Shown in pieces: positions 1-12,300 of a DNA stretch of 64,000 nt (positions are counted from its first letter, which is position 1; each line of letters begins with the position of its first letter). The notes below the pieces were generated by a model that ran no database searches, was not told where the DNA came from, and saw nothing but the letters and a program-made list of their open reading frames with translations. A program made the translations under genes and the position numbers. Source of the stretch: Vitrella brassicaformis CCMP3155 (taxonomy: Eukaryota; Protista; Chromerida); NCBI GenBank assembly GCA_001179505.1, contig CDMY01000349.1, positions 43,634 to 107,633 of the forward strand. The letters are read 5' to 3'.

Positions 1-15
1 GGCGTCTGCCTGCGA

Positions 16-38
16 GAGAGAGCGGTTTCGCGCGATGC
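16..38 (+). promoter_or_regulatory. Copy 1 of recurrent 5'-end motif GAGMGAGCGGTTTCRYGMRATG
   Basis: gagagagcggtttcgcgcgatgc; 20/22 identical to the copy at 14956 and overlaps the DENN ATG at 35. Confidence 0.55.
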
Positions 39-3000
39 CTTTCCTCACTGCGAGCTTGGCATCCGCCAGGGAGATACCGAAAATGACTGAAGACAGGGAA
101 ACCACACCGAACAACATTAACAGAGAGAAAACCCCGAGGGAAAACGGACGTCCAGCACGTGAGCAGAGCAGAACACACTCGCGGCACACGAGCGGCTTGT
201 GTACACAGACAGAAGATAAATGCCTCAGAAACCACGACGTGTATGTGTACTCTCCTGCTTGTGTGTTGACTGCCCATTGCACTGCAGTGGATGATCAGTT
301 CGATGATGAGCCGCTGTCGGTCACTGTCCATGATGATGCTCGGATGAGGCCGAGGAGGTCACGCAGCTGGAGCGTCACAGAACAACCAGGTGACAAAAGC
401 AAAGCACCAAACACAACACAACCACGTTTGTTGATCGGTCCGTCCACTCACTGACTGTGGTCCTTCGTGTCGTCAGCGCCTCCCTCCCCCTCTGCCGCCC
501 CTCAGCCAATCAGCCCGAGTGTGAGGGGCGACGGTGAGGCCTTCCACACGCCGTCTGCGGGGCAATCAGAGGACGTCTTCTTTGATGTGACTGACGAACC
601 TCCCCTGCCCGGACTCAACTCGCCCACCAAACCGCCCGGATATGCAGCGGTCTCTACGCCGACGACACGCCAACGTGAGCTCACGTGACAGGAAATGACT
701 CAAGGGGGGAGGGCGCCCTGCGATGAGTGTGTGTCTGTTGATATGTCTGTCTGTTTGTGTGTGTTTGCAGGCATCTATCGTCAGCTGATGGATCACGAGA
801 GGGAGTCCCCTGGCCAGAGGGACACCGAGGGCGCCGGCAAGGTCGTGGATCGGCTGATCCGCCTGTCGTGGGCCCACTCACACCTCCAGTCCAGCGCCAG
901 CGGCGTCGGCATGCAGGAGCGCCGCAGCGAGCCCCTCGGCAGCTTCGTCAGCGACGACACACAGCGGGGCAGCATGACCTGCCGCAGCTCACCTGCCACA
1001 CGCATGACGAGGAAGGAGGCTGAAGCTGATGGGGTCGAGGAGGCGGTGGATCTGCCCAGCATTCACGTGTCGGTGAGCTCGCCGGCAATGGAGGTCAGCG
1101 AGGAGGATGCGACCGCTGCTATAGCTAGGAGGGAGGAGAGGGAGGGGGAGGGGGACCCGTGGGCTGAGGTGCCACGTGACGAGTCTCCTCCTGTGCCGCC
1201 CGCACTGCCCATACCGCCATCAATGGTGCCGAAAAGGCAAAGACGGGTAGGTACGGGCACACACAGTGCATCCATTTGTGTGTGTGTGTGATGCACCGCA
1301 CCGACAGGGATAGATGCCGTCCGTGGTCACTGTGTTCCTTTCAGAATGAGATCCTCGATTGGCGAGAGATGGAGGAGCGGCAAGCCGAGGCGAGCGACGA
1401 GAGTGGCAGGCAAGTATCTTTCTCACCGGCCGTCACGCCAACGCCGCCCGGCTCTGTCACCGCAGTGGCCAGTCCGCCCAGCAACCGCTTATTCGAGTTC
1501 TTCTTTGTAAGCAAGATGGTGGCCAAATTATATCCGCAGAGAGCGGAACTGACTGACGGCATGGGTCTTCCTTCATCTGTGTCGTCTTGTCTTCAGATTA
1601 TCGGTGTGTCACTAGACACGCTGGAGCACCTGAGCAGCCAGCAGGCAAACGACGACCTCACTGCGTCGAGTCAGTCGCCCTCCCCCTCCCCCTCCACCCA
1701 CAACACCGGTCCCCTCCCCCTCCCCCCGGCCAGCGCATTCGTCCGCCCAGCACCCTCAGCATCAGGTGGCCTGCTGCCGTCCGTCGCTGCTCGCCTCGAC
1801 GGCAGGATGGGCGGCTGCGCTGCCGTGCCACCCGGGGGCCGCAGCAGCCGCTCCTACTTATCATCCCGTCGGAGTGTGGGGTCGTCGTCAGGGCGTGAGA
1901 GGGAGAGGGATAGTGGGGGCGAGGGGCGTGGGGGCCACCGGCGGTCTTGGGAGGTGCCGCTGGAGGTGGTGACGGCATTTCCTGTGAGAAACAAGAAGGG
2001 TGGCGCTTCCAAGGGTGCTGATGCTGAGGGTGCGACTGCTGCTGCTGCCGACAAGACGGCGCTTGAGTCTTGTATTTGTGACTTCTGCTTTCCGCAAGGT
2101 CAGCTGAATAAGCTACTTAGTGGATATATATCAAGTCTTGCCTGAGAGTGTAAATAAATGAAGGTGTGTGTTGTGTTGTGTTGTGAAGGTGGTGTAGAGG
2201 TATACGAGGTGTGCACTGCGAGTGAGTCGTTTTCAGAGCTGAATGAGCTCATCTACAGCCAGCAGGCCGTCAGGCAGCGGGGCGAACACACCTTCGTCTT
2301 CACCCTCGCTGCCGCATCCGTACAGGTAAACAGAAATACAATCGATGGATGGATGCCTCATGGAAAGCGATGAATGACTTCTGTGTGTGTGGGTCGCCCT
2401 CGCCCTCGCCCCCTCGTCTGACACGTCAGGAGGTGCCTGATGACAGCATGTTTGACCCAACGGACCTGCTGTATTGCTTCTGCCTGATGAAAGAGGAGCT
2501 CCTGCAGAAGCCACCCACCACCGCCCGCTCTCCCCCCTCCCCGGCCTTGTCCTTCCCGCCCCCTCCCGACGCCTGGCGCGTGCCTCACTGCTACTGCATC
2601 GTGTCGCGGTACCCCTACTTCCGGCTGTTCTTCGATGTCCTCTTCGCCGTGCAGGCCTTCAGACAGCTTGTGAACCTGCAGCTGTTTCATCCCGACGGTG
2701 TGCCGGACAGCGACACGGCCAAGGAGGACTGGCAGTGGATCGAGGCGCAGGCCACCACTGACCCGACGCCCTTCTCGCCGGATGTGCTGACGAGAGAGTG
2801 GCGGCTGCGGAGGACGCCTGTGGTGCTGTCGTCTGCGTGTCGGTATGTGTTCCATCGGCTGAGGCAGCTGCGGGCGCCGCAGCCAGGGAGCACTCTGGAG
2901 GTCCCGCTGCCGCCGCCACTCGACTGTGTCCGCTATGTGCCGCCAGAGGCGCCACACAATGTACGTACATGACCAGACACATAGCACACCCATGCAGCAC

Positions 3001-4990
3001 ACTGATCAATGTGATCCTCCTTCCCTCCCCTCCCTGTGTTTGTGTGGGTCATGCAGCATTATTTGGCCGAGTGGTCGTACGGTGTGCTATTTTCGCGTCT
3101 GCCGGTGACGTCTCTGCTGGTGCTCATCAGCGCCGTCCTGCTGGAGCAGAAGATCGTTGTCATATCCAAGAGCATTGCTGTCGGCACGGCAGTCGTCCTG
3201 GCTGTGCCAGCACTCATCCAGCCATTCAAGTAACTCTCCAACCAACCAGAGGAGACGACAGCAACCAACACACTCGCCACTCTGTATGTCCCCATGGCAT
3301 GGCAGGTGGATGCACGTGTTTCTGCCGATCTGCCCGACATCTCTGGCCGTCAACTTGATCGAGGCCCCTGTGCCCTTTCTCGTCTCACTGCAGGCCCTCC
3401 CCGCCGCCCTCCAGCAGCACATCCACGCCATGCAGCAGCTAACACCCTCACCCAGACCCTCCGACATGTCCGCATTCGGCGCACCGCCCTCTCTCCCGCT
3501 GCCCCTGGCGAGCAGGGACGGCTGTGACGAGATGGACACGGACAGTGCGATGGACCTGGTGGTCATCGACATCGACAACGCCACCTACTGGGTGGGCAGC
3601 AAGGCCCTCACACACAAGTTGGCGGGCGCCCCTCAGCTCTTCAAGGCTCTGGGCAAGTTCCAGCTGCTGCTGCAGCACCCCTCCCAGCAGCAGAGAGCAC
3701 CCCCACCACCATCCCGCCCCACGCCGCCCACGTCATCTCCCAGATCGGCCGTGACGGAGCGTGTCAGCCGCAGCCCCCGATGGATGGCGGCCATCACCAG
3801 GCGGACCAAGAACGTGGAGGGTGGCAAGAGGTCCGTCACAGAGGAGGGGGAGGCCACGACGACTGCCAAACAGGACTCACAGGAGGAGATCATGGACGGC
3901 GAGGGAGAGGAGGACGGAGGCGGTGGCAAGACGCATCGGCAAAGGGGACAGCGATTCTTTGCCGGCGCTATGGGTGCGTACGCACGCACGGTGCAGCCAG
4001 CCAGCCAGAAGATGATCGGTCAGTCACAATCCCATAAATTTGTTTCTGTGTGTTTCGCACATCTGTGCAGCTCTGCGCATCCCCCGCAGCCAAGGCCGCG
4101 TGATCTCCGCGCCTGAGGCAGCCCCCACAGGCAAGGGTGACCGCTCACCCCCCTCCCTCACCAGGAGGCGCCTGTCGCTCCCATCGGTGGTCGGCTTCGG
4201 TGTGCATCGCACCAGCGGCGGCGGGCCCCCCTCCCCCTCCCCCAACTCACCCAGGGAGTACACCCCTCGCCCCACCTCACCCGCTGACGCCACCACGACC
4301 AGTCATCGATCTGTCGCTGGCGCGCTCTTCTCACGCCCGTCCGCATCCCCACATGCGTCACTATGGAGGCGGGACAGAGACAGAGACAGAGGTGCCCCGT
4401 CAGTGTCTGCCGGCGGCTCCCCGCTGTTCAACAACCACGGGGGCATGGGTGGGATGGCTGTGGGCCCGCTGGGTCTGGCTGTGCTGGGTCTGGGATTCGA
4501 GTTCACAGCCGAGCAAACGGAGCTGCTGCACCAGATGGGGGATCTCCTGCAGGCCGCCGCGGAGCTGCTCGCCAGCCACCTCAAGATCTTCGTTCGCGAG
4601 TTCTACAACGTCAACCCCGTCCCACCGGTGCCCCAGAACCCGCCGCCCACACCACCGCCACCACTGGGCAGACGTAGCACAAAGGAGAGGCTGGAGGCTG
4701 ATGACCGATTTGGGCTGGAGGAGGCACAAAACGGAGTAGTGGTGGCTGATGGGGCGCCGGCGCCCGTCGCTTTGTCCGCTGCAGTGGGGGGTGAGGGGGT
4801 CACCCCACCCCCGCAGATGCTGACGTTGCTATATGATGTGGAGAGCCTTGGGCGTGCGTGGGATGAGTATGCCGGGCGCAACTTCGCTGTGTGTGATCGG
4901 CCCTTCGCTGTGTCGTACTTTCGGACGCAAATGTGCCAGTACCAGCTAGAGAGGCTCATTCGCGAGCTGATGCTGCCGCAACAACAGTGA
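35..4990 (+). CDS. DENN-domain protein (uDENN/cDENN/dDENN; putative Rab GEF), multi-exon
   Basis: Spliced exons give typical DENN motifs: LFEFFFV, CICDFCFPQG, EHTFVFTL, LYCFCL, HCYCIVSRYPYFRLFFDVL, LLEQKIVVISKS, LIQPFK-WMHVFLPICP, IEAPVPFLV, DLVVIDIDN, SYFRTQM. Phase-compatible introns at 159-287 and 390-476 link ATG 35 to the body. The start could instead be ATG 83. Confidence 0.88.
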
Positions 4991-5278
4991 TGTCCGGAAC
5001 GAACGAATGCACACCTGCCCACGTGGCGTGGCGTGGCCTCTCTCTTTGTTGTCCTATGTGGACGTACGTACGTACGTACGTGTAATTGGTGTGTACGTGT
5101 GTGCTTTACGTCTATCTATCTGTCAATACGCCATCATTTGATGATTTTGCGATCGACAGAGCTAGCACAGCAACAGTCCGCTCCACACACAAGCCAGACC
5201 AGTCCAATTGGCACCCATAGACATGGACACGTACACACACTCACACACAGACACAGACACACAGCCCCCTCCGCCCCC

Positions 5279-7174
5279 TCAACGCTCCTCCGGCGCGGGT
5301 TGCTGCTGCTGTTGTTCTCTCTCCGGCTCATCGCCCGTTGACTCTTCAGCAGGGTTTCCAGACGACTCGCCCCCAGAACTCTGTGTCTCGGTAGAAGGGA
5401 AAGCGGCGGGCGGCGGCGATGCCTCGGGGTCACTGGGGAAGACCAGAAAGTCAAAGAAGACGTCCTCGCACTCCCTGCCCTTGGTGCCCTCCACCGTCCT
5501 GGCCAGCACGCGGAAGTGCTTCGTCGTGACGTCAGATATCTGGAAGCTATACAGCACTGACGCGCAGTCGTCGCCGCGCTTGGACCTGACGGACCGGCAA
5601 GCCAAGGCAAGAGGAAGGAGCCGAGAAAGAGATTGCCATTTCTTGTGTCGTGTGTGTGTGTCTGTGTGTTGATTCGAGGGGGCTGACCGAATGATGCCGA
5701 AGACCTTTGGTGGCGTCTTCTTGTAGGCCTTGTTGTATGTGAGCTTAGTCGACTCACCCACCGTCAGACGGACACGACCAAGAGTGAGACCGCTGGGCAG
5801 ACGGACTGCATTTCATACCAACAAAAAAATAAGATGGATGGGATCAGCCAAGCCAGTCAGTATGCAAGCTGTGTCTCGCCGTGTGCACGGCCGTCTCCCC
5901 CACCCCCCTTCCACCCACCAGATCCGAATACTTCCTGGTCAAATATGACCTTGGCGATCGGCCCGTAAGGCGCCTGTGGCGGCTGGATGGCCACCCAGTG
6001 AAGCACCACCGTCACATCCTTATCCCACCCCTTGGCCTGCCACCCCATTTTCCGGCCTGTACCGGCGTCCACTCGGCCGTACTTGGCCTTGTAGCCGTGG
6101 TGCGTGCTACTGTGGATGTTGACGGCCACACCAGAGGCGAATGTGCGGGAGGTGGCCGAATGGGAGGGGGGGTGGAAGAGCTCAGGGGTGACGAACACAA
6201 GGGGGGCAACGAGGGAGGGCGAGAAGGGGCGGCGGAAGGGCCGTACCACGTAGGCAAGCCGGTCGATGGACGTGTGAAAAATGTCGGAGCCAAACTCGAC
6301 AAAGAGATCATCTGGGGGGCAGGGCAGGCAGAAAGAAGCAGACCAGACAAAAGACCAGTCAGTGGCTACACAAGCGCAGAGACACAATATATATATGTCT
6401 CTCCTTACCTTCAGGGAACTCCACTATATCGATGTATGCCGTCTCATTGCCTACGGGCTCGGGCCACCCTGGCCCGGGATCTTCCCTCTCCCCCCCGGCG
6501 GGCAGGTTGCCCGTCATTCGTCTCAGCTCCGTCACTTCGCTGCTTTCCACTGCCTTGAAGACCGAGAAGGTGAATGCAGCCGGCATCTGGCTGTTGTCCA
6601 GGGTGTGCACGGTCACTGCGAATGTGGCATTGGCCGCCCAGCCGCGACTCGCACGGACCTGCCGCACACACAAACACACATGCACGATGGATGGATGATT
6701 CATGCACGCCTTTGCCTTGGCCTTCTCCCCTCCCTCCCCCTGTGCCGTACCGATGCGAGCACTCTCCTGGGGGCTCTCTTGCGCTTCGGCCATGTGAATC
6801 GGTATGTCTTGAGGGCGTCCGTGCTGCCGGGCAGTGGGAAAGTGACCGTTGCAAAAGGCCAGTCGCACAGCCAGGTGCCCTCAGTGGAGCACGACAACAG
6901 AGCCGACAAGTCCGATTTCTCGGGAGCGGGCGTTGTTGTGGCGTTGGTTGCTGCAGTGGGGACGATGGGCTGCGACTCTTGGAGGAACGAGGAGGGGGTG
7001 AGAGGGCGGAAGTCAGCTTCTGCCACACATCAGGGGAAGATGGATTATGGCATTTGCGGCATCTGATTTGCATGCACCTCTTTGGCTGAGCTCCGCGTCT
7101 GCGAGAGGCCCGTGCATCCTTGCGAGGTACCCCATGGGGAGGAGGAGGGCCAGGGAGAGCCACAGGGCCTTCAT
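5279..7174 (-). CDS. Secreted protein with about three tandem H-type-lectin-like beta domains
   Basis: Signal peptide MKALWLSLALLLPMGYLA at ATG 7174. Phase-checked introns at 7020-7077 and 6659-6750. Repeated pattern F-x-x-P-F/Y-x-x-x-P-x-V-F ... F-x-V/I-x-x-V-T ... RVD ... GW ... LHWVAI. TGA at 5279. Confidence 0.65.
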
Positions 7175-7329
7175 TGTCAGCGCCTGTGCGATGTCTGCGA
7201 TAACCACTGTTTCTCTTCTTCTCGGAGTGGTACCAAAGGGAGAGTCAACGGCCCCCCAGGCGAGCTCAGATGGCACCGGGTGCGGCGAGTGTGCGTTTGT
7301 TTCCATTTGACGCTGATCCCGAGTGTTGA

Positions 7330-8760
7330 ATGCCTGTCACTGACACTGATCTAGAGTCCGAGGGCCGGCTGCCGCTGACTCACCCTCCGGAGTCTGCCGA
7401 GAGTGACAGCGAACGCGGTCAGGCGTCCTCCCCGCTGGCGTCGTCCTCACTGGGCATGGAGGCCTTCTCCCTTCGTCGTGATGAGGACGACACCGAGCGC
7501 GACCGGTCCCTGTTGTCGACATCTCCCACGTCGAGAGAAGCTACGGCGAGGTGGTTCTACTGGCGAGGGGGGAAGCTGAGGGTGTCGAGGGCAGCATACC
7601 AGATCATGACGGGCATTCTCTTCCACATCCTGCTTATCGTGGTCGTGGAAACGGTCTTCTTCTTCACGTGAGTGACTCAGTCACACGTGCAGTCAGTCGC
7701 ATGCAGATGGCACACAGACGAAGGGTGCGGTGCGACATGGTGCTGTGTGTGTTGCCCTGTTTGTTAAGGTATGTGACGCGTCAGGAGATGCTGAGCTTTG
7801 GTCGGAATATCAACACGACAGGGTACTCTGCCGCCAAGACCAGCGTGGAGGAGCTGCAGCAGACCCCCACCGGCAAGCAGCTGCTCTGGACGGCTCATGT
7901 CGCACTCACAAACCCCAACAAACGCCAGGAAATCGCACAGGTCAGAGACACATTGGCAGGCAGGCAGGCAGTGCACTCACCGTTGTTCCCAGCCGCCATT
8001 GGCTTTCTAATGGATTCTATGTGTGTGTGTTGTGTGCAGGAGATAGTTTTGCAGATCGAGGTGCTGCGTCGTGCTCGTCTCGTCCTCGAGAATGCACCCA
8101 TTCCGTGGGAGAAACTCAACATCACCAAGGAAGAGGCTCACGATATGCTCGAGAGTACCCCACCCCGCACAGAGGGAGGGAGGGGGGAATGCAGCGAAGA
8201 GCGCTGGTATGTGTCTCGCGTCTGTGTGTGTGTGTGTGTGTTCAGAGGATGACCAGGCCGCGCAGAACGTGATCCAGCTGCTGCACAATGTGACGGCCAG
8301 CCACAGCAATGACTTCGATGTGTACCTCCAGAAATACGTCCAGGGCAAACGAGACAAGGGTAAGCAACCGGAGACGCAGCAAGGGCAAGGGCAACTGCAG
8401 TCAGGAGTTTCTCTGTCTGTCTTTGTGTGTGCAGCAATCGAGCAGCGCCACCGGCGTATGGCTGCCAACCGCAGCCTGGTGTTCCGTGCCATCGAGTTCA
8501 ACGTGTGTGTGGCGTTGCTGGTGCTGGCCTGGGTCTTCGGCACCCCCCTGTATCTCTCAGACGCTCGCCTCAAAGACCTCCGGTGGAACGCCATCCTCCG
8601 CGACAACGCCATACTCATGTTCCTCCTCGCTCTATTCGAGTTCGCCTTCTTTAACTTCTTCGTCTCGAGGTTCAAAGTGGCCAGCAACGCTGAGACCATT
8701 GATGCCCTGGTGGAGACGACGCTCGACTACCTGAAGAATCTGAAAGTCGAGAAACCCTAG
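7330..8760 (+). CDS. Small multi-pass membrane protein (about 3 TM), resembling NCLDV/giant-virus hypothetical membrane proteins
   Basis: Five exons with GT-AG junctions. TM segments ILFHILLIVVVETVFFFT-YVTRQE, FNVCVALLVLAWVFG and ILMFLLALFEFAFFNFFVSRFK. TAG at 8758-8760. The viral resemblance is from memory. Confidence 0.7.
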
Positions 8761-9356
8761 TGGCCACAGGCGGTGGGTCGTACGTGTCATGTGGGGGTAT
8801 GGAATGGAATGGGGGATGTTTTGTCGGAAACGTTGCTTCTTCTGTTACCTACATGGTCGGTGCTGCTGTTGTTCTGTTGATACGTTCGTTGATTTCCCCC
8901 GTGTTGGTTTGTTTGGTCAATACGTTAGTACTAGGTAGGTGATGTGATGTGATGACACGAACAAGAGCAACAGACAGTGAGTGACTGCTGGCGGCCGGGC
9001 CTCCCATGACCTATCTATCTGTGTGTAATTAAAGGAAGGAGACATTTGTCCGCTGGTCGGCTCGTGTGTGTGGTGAGTCCATCCATGCTGTATACTGACT
9101 GTAGCTTGCTGCTGGACAGAAGTCAACTTATGTGACGGACGGACGGACGGACAGCTATGGTCTGCCTGCTACAACCAATCAACTGGATCAAGTGCGTGTC
9201 TCTCATCCATCGATTCATGTCTGTCTTCACACGCGCCGCTAATGCTCGACGGCAGTACGTGCATGTACTCATCGATGTATACAGGCGTCCCTACAGACAA
9301 AAAGCCCTCGGTGCGAGAGACCTACCATCAGCACTCTCATGCTAGCATCACATTAG

Positions 9357-12300
9357 CTAGCTCCTCAATGTGCACACGCCGTTGACCGAATCGCTCTCCA
9401 ACGTGACAGCCGAAGCGTCGAGCCCCACTGCACTCAGCATCTTGGTCAGCTCCATCAGATCGGTGTTGTCGAGCTCGTCGAGCCGCTGCAGCAGGTGGGC
9501 ACCGATGGCACGCATGACGGCCTGCAGGTCGTCAGCAGTCTCAGCTCGGCCGAGTGGATTTGGCCCAACCATTGCGCGGCTCATCCTGACACAACACACC
9601 CACCGCGCGGATGCATGTAAGTACGTGACATGATGGGTCTGTCTGTCTGTCTGTCTGCCACACCCACACAAGCGTGTTGTGTTGAGTGGTGGACGTCATG
9701 TATGTGTGTATGGTTTGTGTATGGTACCATACATACCTGAGAATCTGTTTGGTTGTCCTCCCCTTGATGTAGGGCAGGAGCTGACCCCTCACAGCCTTGA
9801 CAGCCACAGTGTATCGATTCCCCGCCCGCTTTTCACCGAGGCACTCGAGCGCATCGATCAGCTCATCCAGGGCCACCCAGCTGACGGTAGATCGGCTCAC
9901 CCGTCCCCAATTGATGGCTTCCCCAGCAGCCGCCAGATGCTCCCACAGTAAATGGTCATCCGCTCCTGGCCGGCGACAGCCGGGCCCCGTGGCGAAGAAC
10001 TGCACCAGCGTTGCCCAATCGCGCATTCCCAGCTCGGTGGCCCCACCCTCTGCCGCCGTCAGCCGCTCAATCGCTGCATGTGCTAAGGCACATCGACGGG
10101 CCCCCCAGGCCTCAGTGTCATAGGCACAGAGGTCATCATGTCGCTTGCACGCCAGCGACAGAGCGCCACACAGGCGAGCGAGGGTCTTGAGGAAGAAGGC
10201 GTCAATCCGTCGAGTCGCCTCGTCAGCCACGGCAGCAAACAGAGATGGGGGCGCCAGGCCCGCGTTGAGAAAGGCCCAGCAAAGGACGGTCAGGTCGGGG
10301 GGAGTGCAGTCTCGCAGAGTCCACATGCTGCTGCTGCTGCTGCTGCCGCGGCGCGAGCCGTCCACGAGAGCCCCAGCCACCGTGTGGAAGAGACGGTATA
10401 CATCGGCGCGCTTATCGACATCGGCCGCATTGTCTCTGCTGCCCCTGGCCGGCATGATGAGCTTCGATAGCGCCCACATGAGTGCGATGAGGCGACCTGG
10501 GGGTAGGGAGGGGAGGGCGGATGCGGAGAGGGTCTCGAGGGCGCTGGCGAGATCCTGGACGAGCAGCAGCCGCTGGGTGGCCGGAACGAGGGGCTCAGAG
10601 GACGCGCGTGGGCGTGCATTAGCGAGTGCATATGTGAGCCGGGAGAGCTGTGCCCCATCAAAGCGGTCCAGCTGCGAAACCACTCCGGTCACCAACATCC
10701 TGATTGACAGACAGACAGACAACACACACAGCAGCAGAGACCGTGAGTGAATTGAATGAGCCAATCAGGATGTTGTCCCCGCTCACTCGAATATCGGCGT
10801 GTCATCAGCCAGGCCGGTCTTGCTTATCACATGGGAAAGGCCGATCAGCTTCTCTGGTGACAGCCTGATCGCTCCGTCCCCCTTGATTGCGTCGATGATG
10901 CTGGTGTGTGCGATGAGTGGCCGCACCAGAGCGGCCTGCCGCACACCGCTGCCGACAAAGGCCAGGGCCAGGTCGACCAGCTGGTCGGCAGACGGAGGGG
11001 GGAGGAAAGCGTGTGTCGATGGTGATGGCGATGGCGCCAGAAGAATGAGCGTCTGCTCGGCACAGTACCTGTGTGTGTTGGGCAGACGGAAATTGCACAC
11101 ACACATCCATGTCATGTCCAATCTCCACCCACCCCTGCTTATTACCTCATTTCCTGTCGGGCCTTCCATTTCTGTGAGTGCAGGGCAGGGAGAACACGCG
11201 CCGTGCGCACCACCATCGAGAAGTCCTGCACAACAGACACAACAAAGGCAACACTCTCTATCCACTAACCCACCCTTCCACCTTGTCTGTCTGTCTGCCC
11301 TGGTGGTCCCACTCAGCTAACCTGCACGTTGCCCTGTTCCAGTCTTCGCCGCAACTCGCGCCGCACCAGCTTCCGTGCTGCCTCGTCCGTCTCGTCACCC
11401 TCACACTTGCCCGCCACCAGGGCATCAGCCTGACAGACATATGGAAGAAAGAAGCTTTCGATGATTCACATCGCACGCATCATCCCCGCCCCGCCCCGGC
11501 CCGTGGCTTCCATCCACCCGTCTTGTCTTCCTTACGATTGCCAGGAGCAGGTCGATGGGTGCCGTCCGTGTGGGTCTGCTGGATGGAACCGGCCACTTGA
11601 CGAGCAGGGCCTGCAGAATGAATGACCCGACACGACCCCACAAACGTTAGAGAAACGGCGAGTGCAGCCAGCCAGCGAGTAGCCCGCAGTCATCGTGCGG
11701 GCTCCGTACAGATCCTACTCACCGTGAACAGGGCCTGTCTTGGTTGCACCGCCCTGACGTCGGTCATCGCCCACAGCAGGCTGCAGAGAGCCTGGATTGA
11801 TGCAGCCACGAAGGGTCAACGTCCACTGTCGATGGAAGGTTCGAGGCGCTCTCTCACTCACCTGTGGCGACATTCGTTTGGCTATCACGTTGAGCCTCAT
11901 TTTGGACAGGAAGGAGGCAGCTGCAGGTGGGGTGGAGGGGCCGCCCAGCACACATGCAGCAGCGTCCCTTGAACCAGCTTCACACCACCTGCACACGATA
12001 CGTCCATCCAGAAAGAGAATCTGATCGCCCTGTCCCGTCCACACATCCGCGTGAATCCACTGCCTCCCTAACGTACTTACATACCTGAGGCTCTTCTGCA
12101 GTGTCTTGTCCATCATATCGTCCCAACTGGCACCCTGCACCCTGCTGTAGGCCGCCAGCATATCCCTGACCGTCGTCGGTGGAGCCTCATCGAATGACCT
12201 TATCACAAAAGGCTCCAGCCACCTGAATGAATGAACAAGGGACAGAGACACCATATATAGGGTGGCGTCTCTTCTTCCCCTCTCATGTATGTTGCCGTAC

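Noticed and set aside
26-33. TTTCGCGC E2F-like site
   Set aside because: It is not conserved in the other two motif copies (TTTCACGC, TTTCATGA), so it cannot explain the motif.
5881-7066. Long plus-strand ORFs (225 and 261 aa)
   Set aside because: They are antisense shadows; splice signals and the signal peptide support the minus-strand gene.
8752-8760. aaaccctag telo-box-like sequence
   Set aside because: It encodes the last codons (K-P-stop) of the membrane protein and is not in a promoter position.
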